Positions 46,201 through 49,920 of a DNA stretch of 49,920 bases are shown piece by piece. The stretch lies in contig JBDRNT010000055.1 of the NCBI GenBank assembly GCA_043810925.1, positions 1-49,920 on the forward strand, given 5' to 3'. Within the stretch, counting starts at the first letter, position 1. Every line of letters begins with the position of its first letter. The position numbers were made by a program, and so were the translations under genes. Below the pieces are notes generated by a model. The model was not told where the DNA came from and ran no database searches. It saw nothing but the letters and a program-made list of their open reading frames with translations. Source of the DNA: Candidatus Eiseniibacteriota bacterium. Its GTDB lineage: Bacteria; Arandabacterota; Arandabacteria; Arandabacterales; Arandabacteraceae.

Positions 46201-47933
46201 AGAATGGCTTATCGGGGATGTTCGGGAATGCTCCGGCATCCCAGGATTCGTTCGTGCACATGGGCCTCACGAATGGGGAACCCCACTACTATACCGCCTT
46301 CGCCTTTGATGACCGTCCCAACTACTCGGCCGGTGTAAATGCAAGTGCGGTACCTGTAGATGTTGTCGCACCGGCGAGCCCCCAGGCCTTCACGGCGGAG
46401 CCCGGTGACGCCGTCGCGATGCTCAGGTGGACCACCGCGCCCGATGCTGACTTCAAATCAACTGTGATAAGGTACTCGACCACGAGTTACCCTGCCTCAC
46501 CGGCGGACGGGATCGCAGTTGAGAACGGCTCTGGCGGCGTGTTCATCGACTGGCCGGCTACCACCTCCACCTTCCTTCACGAAGGTCTCACAAACAACGT
46601 GACCTACTACTACGCGGCATTCTCAGCTGATGAGGTGCCGAATTACTCAAGCCAGGCCATAACAAGTGCCGCCCCGACCGACACCACTCCGCCTGTCCCC
46701 GTTGGTGGATTCAGGGTGGTGGCAGGGGACTCAGCCGTGACGCTCACGTGGACAAACCCTTATGAGACGGATTTTGCGGGAGCGCTCCTGCGGTACTCCG
46801 CGACAGCCTACCCCTCGTCGCCCGACGACGGGACTCCGGTGGAAAACGGAAACTCCGGAAGATTTCAGGGTATGCCGGGAGCTGCGGAGTCCTTCACACA
46901 CGCCGGGCTTGTCAATGAGACAACCTACTACTACTCGATATTCGCGTATGATGAAATGCCCAACTACTCCGCACCGGATACGGCTTCCGCCGCACCCTAT
47001 GACCAGGTTCCACCTGAGTTCTCGATCTCCGTTCTCCAAAACCCTTACATAACCAATCACCTCGACGTTTTCGTGGTGATGAGCGAGGTAGTGACCGAAG
47101 CAAGCCTCAGGTGCAGTGTTGATACCGTTCCTGTCGAGCTTGAAGTGACCGGGCCATCTCTGAACGTGTACCGGGGGGACTATGACCTGTGCACGAGCGG
47201 TGTGATGTCGATCTCTATCGAGGGTACGGATCTACGGGGCAACTGGTCCCGTTCCTCAAGGGATTTCTCATCCTTGCTTGTCCTTGCCGGTTCCGGTGGA
47301 ACTGCCGTGAGCCCCGATGGCAGGTGCAGGGTGCGGCTCGAGCCGGCCTCGATCGGGCATGACGCCTATGTGGTCATATTCGAATCCGGGTGTCGGGGCG
47401 GGTCTGAGCCCGTCGCCTACGAAATATCACCGGGTGCCCTCGACGTCGACGACTGGATCGAGATCTCAATTGAATACGATACGGACTGTTTTAAGCCTGA
47501 GCATCTCTGCATAGCCAGGGTCGAAGACGCCCGGACAACACCGCTCAACTCCTATCGACATAGCATACTGCACAGGATAAGTGCCTACACGCGGAACCTC
47601 GGGACCTACATGCTGGTGCGCAGGCTCCACGAGATTACACCGGAGTATGGATCGGGTAAGCTCAGCCTCATTCAAAATGCCCCCAATCCCTTTGACGGCA
47701 ATACCGAAATCGACTTCCATCTGCCGCGGCCAGGCATGATCCATATAGATGTGATCGCTGTTGACGGCAGGATCGTCCGGAACCTGCTCAATCGTAGCAT
47801 GCTGCCGGGAAGGTATACCGTCGAATGGGACGGATGTGACTCCTCGGGCCGCGAGGTCGCAAGCGGTCTTTACTTCTACCGGATCTGCACGGCCCGCGAG
47901 GCTGTGACCCGCAAGATGATCCTCTTGAAATAA
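43260..47933 (+). CDS. Large secreted papain-family (C1A) cysteine peptidase with lectin-like, beta-helix, five FN3-like repeats and FlgD-Ig/T9SS-like C-terminus
   Basis: FDWR, QGACGSCYAF (Cys), NHAVLLIGW (His), KNSWG (Asn); five repeats with YSTxxYP...G.PVENG; QNAPNPF...WDG.D..G..VASGLYFYR...KMILLK. Confidence 0.88.
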   Translation: MIGIRTTRMQYLPVAIFFLLVIGSTIQVPSAGGAEHPRARALVHAPSDRLPAVPDAGFIPPARDMLHIMPGRSLRSPATLPSRFDWREHGKVTSVKNQGACGSCYAFAALANVEAKLLVDGEPRYDFSENNIKECEWYQSSCSGGNYHRMANFLSQKGAVLETCDPYVPANVACKSTCNYVTTLLDWSMVSAESIPEPDLLKSYIMAYGPLYTTLSAGGSSWYAELKAYDGSYTLYNPVRQEVNHAVLLIGWDDSLEHAGGQGGWIAKNSWGSAWGGPCGHGSERGFFTMAYGSAMMGCWSSSMTGWQDYDPDGRLLYCDEGGYQAEAQVGFDGVTAWGMCKLAADEDMRIERVEFWATDITTDIDVYIYNDFDGTMLSTLLTSELDQSFSEYGYHSVELASPIVVEPGDDVYAVVRFTNSSFPYPVALDGNGIVAPGKCYVSADGNAWQDVRTIEGCENSDVCIRLRGTELATTHTWHVPSDAATIGEAVGLADAGDTVIVAPGTYSDGSILIDRAIVVMSVAGPESTVIDAGPTGPHEHVILFSSVGSGARLRGFTFTGLINPYASGVVRIANSTPCIEACVIAGNNLMGVGINIDDSSPHISECTIEGNTAIAGVYYTGGSGGELTRTIVSNTHGGDAITCLQGSDPLISCCDLYLNTRSDTVCGTDGGGNFSEDPVFCNGEGGDYSLSDTSPCLAGYGCGRIGAVGQGCPTEIPGALPAFSVSPGDTSNVLEWSLPQAPVQGALIVYSTSAYPESAGAGLPIENGNAGFVMGSPSSQGGFAHTGLSNDTTYYYTAYAYNGTLLSETGLTASGSPSDTVPPGAPVTFSPAPAPGEITLSWVYPADGDLEGVVIRYSTSSYPASHSDGSPVENGAGGVFLGLSGSDDSFTHGGLTDDTVYYYSAFAFDEVPNHSTAAQGSASPGDYTPPDEVVNFTAEAGDTLVHVRWTNPPDGDFEGTLIRYSTATFPVVPTDGNPVENGLSGMFGNAPASQDSFVHMGLTNGEPHYYTAFAFDDRPNYSAGVNASAVPVDVVAPASPQAFTAEPGDAVAMLRWTTAPDADFKSTVIRYSTTSYPASPADGIAVENGSGGVFIDWPATTSTFLHEGLTNNVTYYYAAFSADEVPNYSSQAITSAAPTDTTPPVPVGGFRVVAGDSAVTLTWTNPYETDFAGALLRYSATAYPSSPDDGTPVENGNSGRFQGMPGAAESFTHAGLVNETTYYYSIFAYDEMPNYSAPDTASAAPYDQVPPEFSISVLQNPYITNHLDVFVVMSEVVTEASLRCSVDTVPVELEVTGPSLNVYRGDYDLCTSGVMSISIEGTDLRGNWSRSSRDFSSLLVLAGSGGTAVSPDGRCRVRLEPASIGHDAYVVIFESGCRGGSEPVAYEISPGALDVDDWIEISIEYDTDCFKPEHLCIARVEDARTTPLNSYRHSILHRISAYTRNLGTYMLVRRLHEITPEYGSGKLSLIQNAPNPFDGNTEIDFHLPRPGMIHIDVIAVDGRIVRNLLNRSMLPGRYTVEWDGCDSSGREVASGLYFYRICTAREAVTRKMILLK

Positions 47934-48055
47934 GGCCATATGTCCTCCCACTTTCTGTTGAGAGTGGTTTGTTTGTGGCATAGAGTACAGCCAAGAACCT
48001 ATTGAGCCACTACTCCGCATGGAGCTCTAAATAACGTAGTTCTAGTCTATTATTG

Positions 48056-48085
48056 TTGATATTCTATAGGATTATATGCTATAAT
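48056..48085 (+). promoter_or_regulatory. sigma70 promoter with extended -10 in AT-rich spacer
   Basis: TTGATA-18 nt-TATAAT, preceded by TG. Confidence 0.6.
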
Positions 48086-48142
48086 TCACACCTGAAACGC
48101 AATCACGCGTTTTGAGCGTATTGTTCGTATCGAGCTGCGACT

Positions 48143-49765
48143 ATGAGGGATCAAGGCAAGCTGCCAAGAGTGTTGCTGGTCCGTCCTCCGATATACTCAA
48201 AGACGCTTGATTATCCAGCCGGCCCCCGTTTCGGTTTGCCTGTAGGACTGTTGTACCTGGCGGCATATCTTCAGCAACAGGGCATCGACGTCCACATCTA
48301 TGACGCCCTGGTGGACTTCCGCTGGGATGAACTGCATAGGAATGAGCGGGGACATTATCACATCGGGGCCACGTGGCCCCGGATGGTACAGAGAGTCCTG
48401 GAGCATAGGCCGGATATCATCGGCATAGCCAATCCGTTCTCGGATATGACAGACTACACGCTCAGGACGGCCACTGAGATAAAGGCCGCCCGGGCGGATG
48501 TCCTGATCGTCGTTGGCGGACCACATGCAACTGCCTGCCCGGAACACTTCCTGAGCGACGGGGGCCCCGTGGACTTCGTTGTCCGTGGGGAGGGGGAGAA
48601 GATCTTCCATGATCTCATCCTGGCGCATGCCACCGGTGTTTCAACGCAGAGTCTACCCGGCGTTTCCTATTGCACGGGTGCGGATGTTCGAAGCAATCCC
48701 CCGGCTCCATTCATAGCGGACCTGGATAACCTTCCCCTGCCTGCGTATAGCCTGGTTCCGATGAGCCGCTACTTCGAACTGGCCCGTGTCTATCCCTCCC
48801 GGTTCACCTTCGAATACCCGGGTAGCGAGCGCGAAGTCTCAATCATCACTTCGCGAGGATGTCCTTTCAAATGTGTTTTCTGCGGGAACCACCTTCATAT
48901 GGGGCGGCGGTGGCGCTACCACAGTGTTGCTTATGTCCTGAGCCATATGGAGCTGCTTGTGGATCGCTATGATGTCCGGCACTTCCATATTTAAGATGAC
49001 AACCTCGCGTTGAGCACCGAGCGGTTCGACCGGCTCCTCGGGGGTATCCGGGACAAGGGGTGGAATATAACCTGGGACACCTCGAATGGGATCAGGTTGG
49101 ATGGGCTGAACCGGGATCTTATACAAAAGGCCAAGCATACAGGCTGCAGTTACCTCGAGTTTGGCATCGACTCAGGAAAGCAGGACACGCTGGACAGGAT
49201 CATAAAAAAGGGCCTGAAACTTGAAGATGCAGAGAGAATCGTCATGCTTTGTAAGGAGGCGCGTATCGATGTCCACACGCTTTTCGTCGTGGGGTTCCCG
49301 GGTGAAACCCCGGAGGGTATAAGTGAAACCCTGCGGTTTGCGAAGCACCTGCTCTGGAAATACGGCGCCATCCCCCATGTATGCATGGCCAGACCGCTCC
49401 CTGGCACAGAGCTCTATGAAACATGTGAGCGGAAAGGGTATCTGACCGAGCCTGTCCTCCCCGAGATGGGCAATCAACTGAGGGGCGAGGTCTATCCGCG
49501 TGTAATGATCCGGACAGAGCTTTTCGGGCCGGATGATCTCGAAACATGGATAGGCCGATTCAACCGGGAAGTGATCGCAATCGTTTCGATAAGAACGCTG
49601 GTGTGGCTGTTTGGCCACCCCCGGGTCCTTGTCGCGATAATCCGGAAGCTCTGGTATCACAGGGACCGGGGTCATAAAGAGGCTCTCAAGAGAGTCTTCT
49701 ATGGGGGGCTCTTCTTTAAGTTCAACTACCTGGAGAGGTGTCCGGAAAGGGAATCTGCAGAGTGA
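48143..49765 (+). pseudogene. B12-binding radical SAM protein interrupted by in-frame TAA (48992-48994)
   Basis: PVGLLYLAA, VVGGPHAT, RGEGE, RGCPFKCVFC, then FHI-TAA-DDNL continuing in frame to VGFPGET and PLPGT. Confidence 0.8.
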
Positions 49766-49781
49766 GAATAGCATTGGTAAG

Positions 49782-49920
49782 GAGATATTGTCAAATGTTG
49801 TGGATGACCTTCTTCAGAACGCATCCTTCCCGCCTCCTCACGCTGCCTGCTGCATGATCCCGTCGACGAACCTGACCCCTTCGATCACCTTGAAGATCAG
49901 TTGATGACTGTTAAGTCGAC
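49782..49920 (-). mobile_element. IS256-family insertion sequence, right end (truncated by window edge)
   Basis: IR GAGATATTGTCAAATGTTGTGGA at 49782-49804; minus-strand transposase C-terminus RLNSHQLIFKVIEGVRFVDGIMQQAA* ending at 49838. Confidence 0.85.

Noticed and set aside
48992-48994. Stop-codon recoding in the radical SAM gene
   Set aside because: The codon is TAA at an expected Glu position, and TAA terminates several other genes here.
1-49920. Composite transposon, or a circular element formed by the two IS256 ends
   Set aside because: The inner flanks (GTCTACCTT at 417; ATTGGTAAG at 49773) are not a target duplication, the outer ends lie outside the window, and the cargo looks chromosomal. 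Two independent insertions are simpler.
1-49920. CRISPR array, rRNA, tRNA (including tRNA-Sec) or sel genes
   Set aside because: No regularly spaced repeats or recognisable RNA genes were seen by eye; the Sec machinery would have to be elsewhere.

Overview
A GC-rich chromosomal window from an anaerobic diderm bacterium. Several secreted proteins carry C-terminal FlgD-Ig/T9SS-like sorting domains, which suggests an FCB-related lineage (inference). Both edges are IS256-family elements on the minus strand; the left one is inserted inside another transposase. The left half encodes an isocitrate/isopropylmalate dehydrogenase, a TolC-MacA-MacB exporter, sulfatase-like, arylsulfotransferase and DUF2723-TPR envelope proteins, a YVTN beta-propeller, an esterase, DUF1028, an atypical Fpg/Nei and a B12-radical SAM enzyme. 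An ~18 kb operon (25.1-43.1 kb) encodes NuoE (receiver-fused), NuoF and a truncated NuoG, five HdrA-like ORFs, two MvhD and one HdrD. It is bracketed by DRTGG, Ser kinase and non-canonical [FeFe]-hydrogenase-like regulators, has no catalytic hydrogenase/FDH/AOR subunit, and ends in an unannotated ribosomal protein bTHX gene. Main result: three genes are split in the ORF track by in-frame TGA codons, each followed by a SECIS-like hairpin. Two are known selenoprotein families (HdrA, MvhD). The third is a secreted Omp28/thioredoxin-fold protein with a C-G-U-G-R-C site and a sorting domain, a candidate little-described extracellular selenoprotein. A giant papain-family/FN3 protease and a radical SAM gene with a TAA nonsense codon close the window. 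All family calls come from motif recognition by eye, not database searches.
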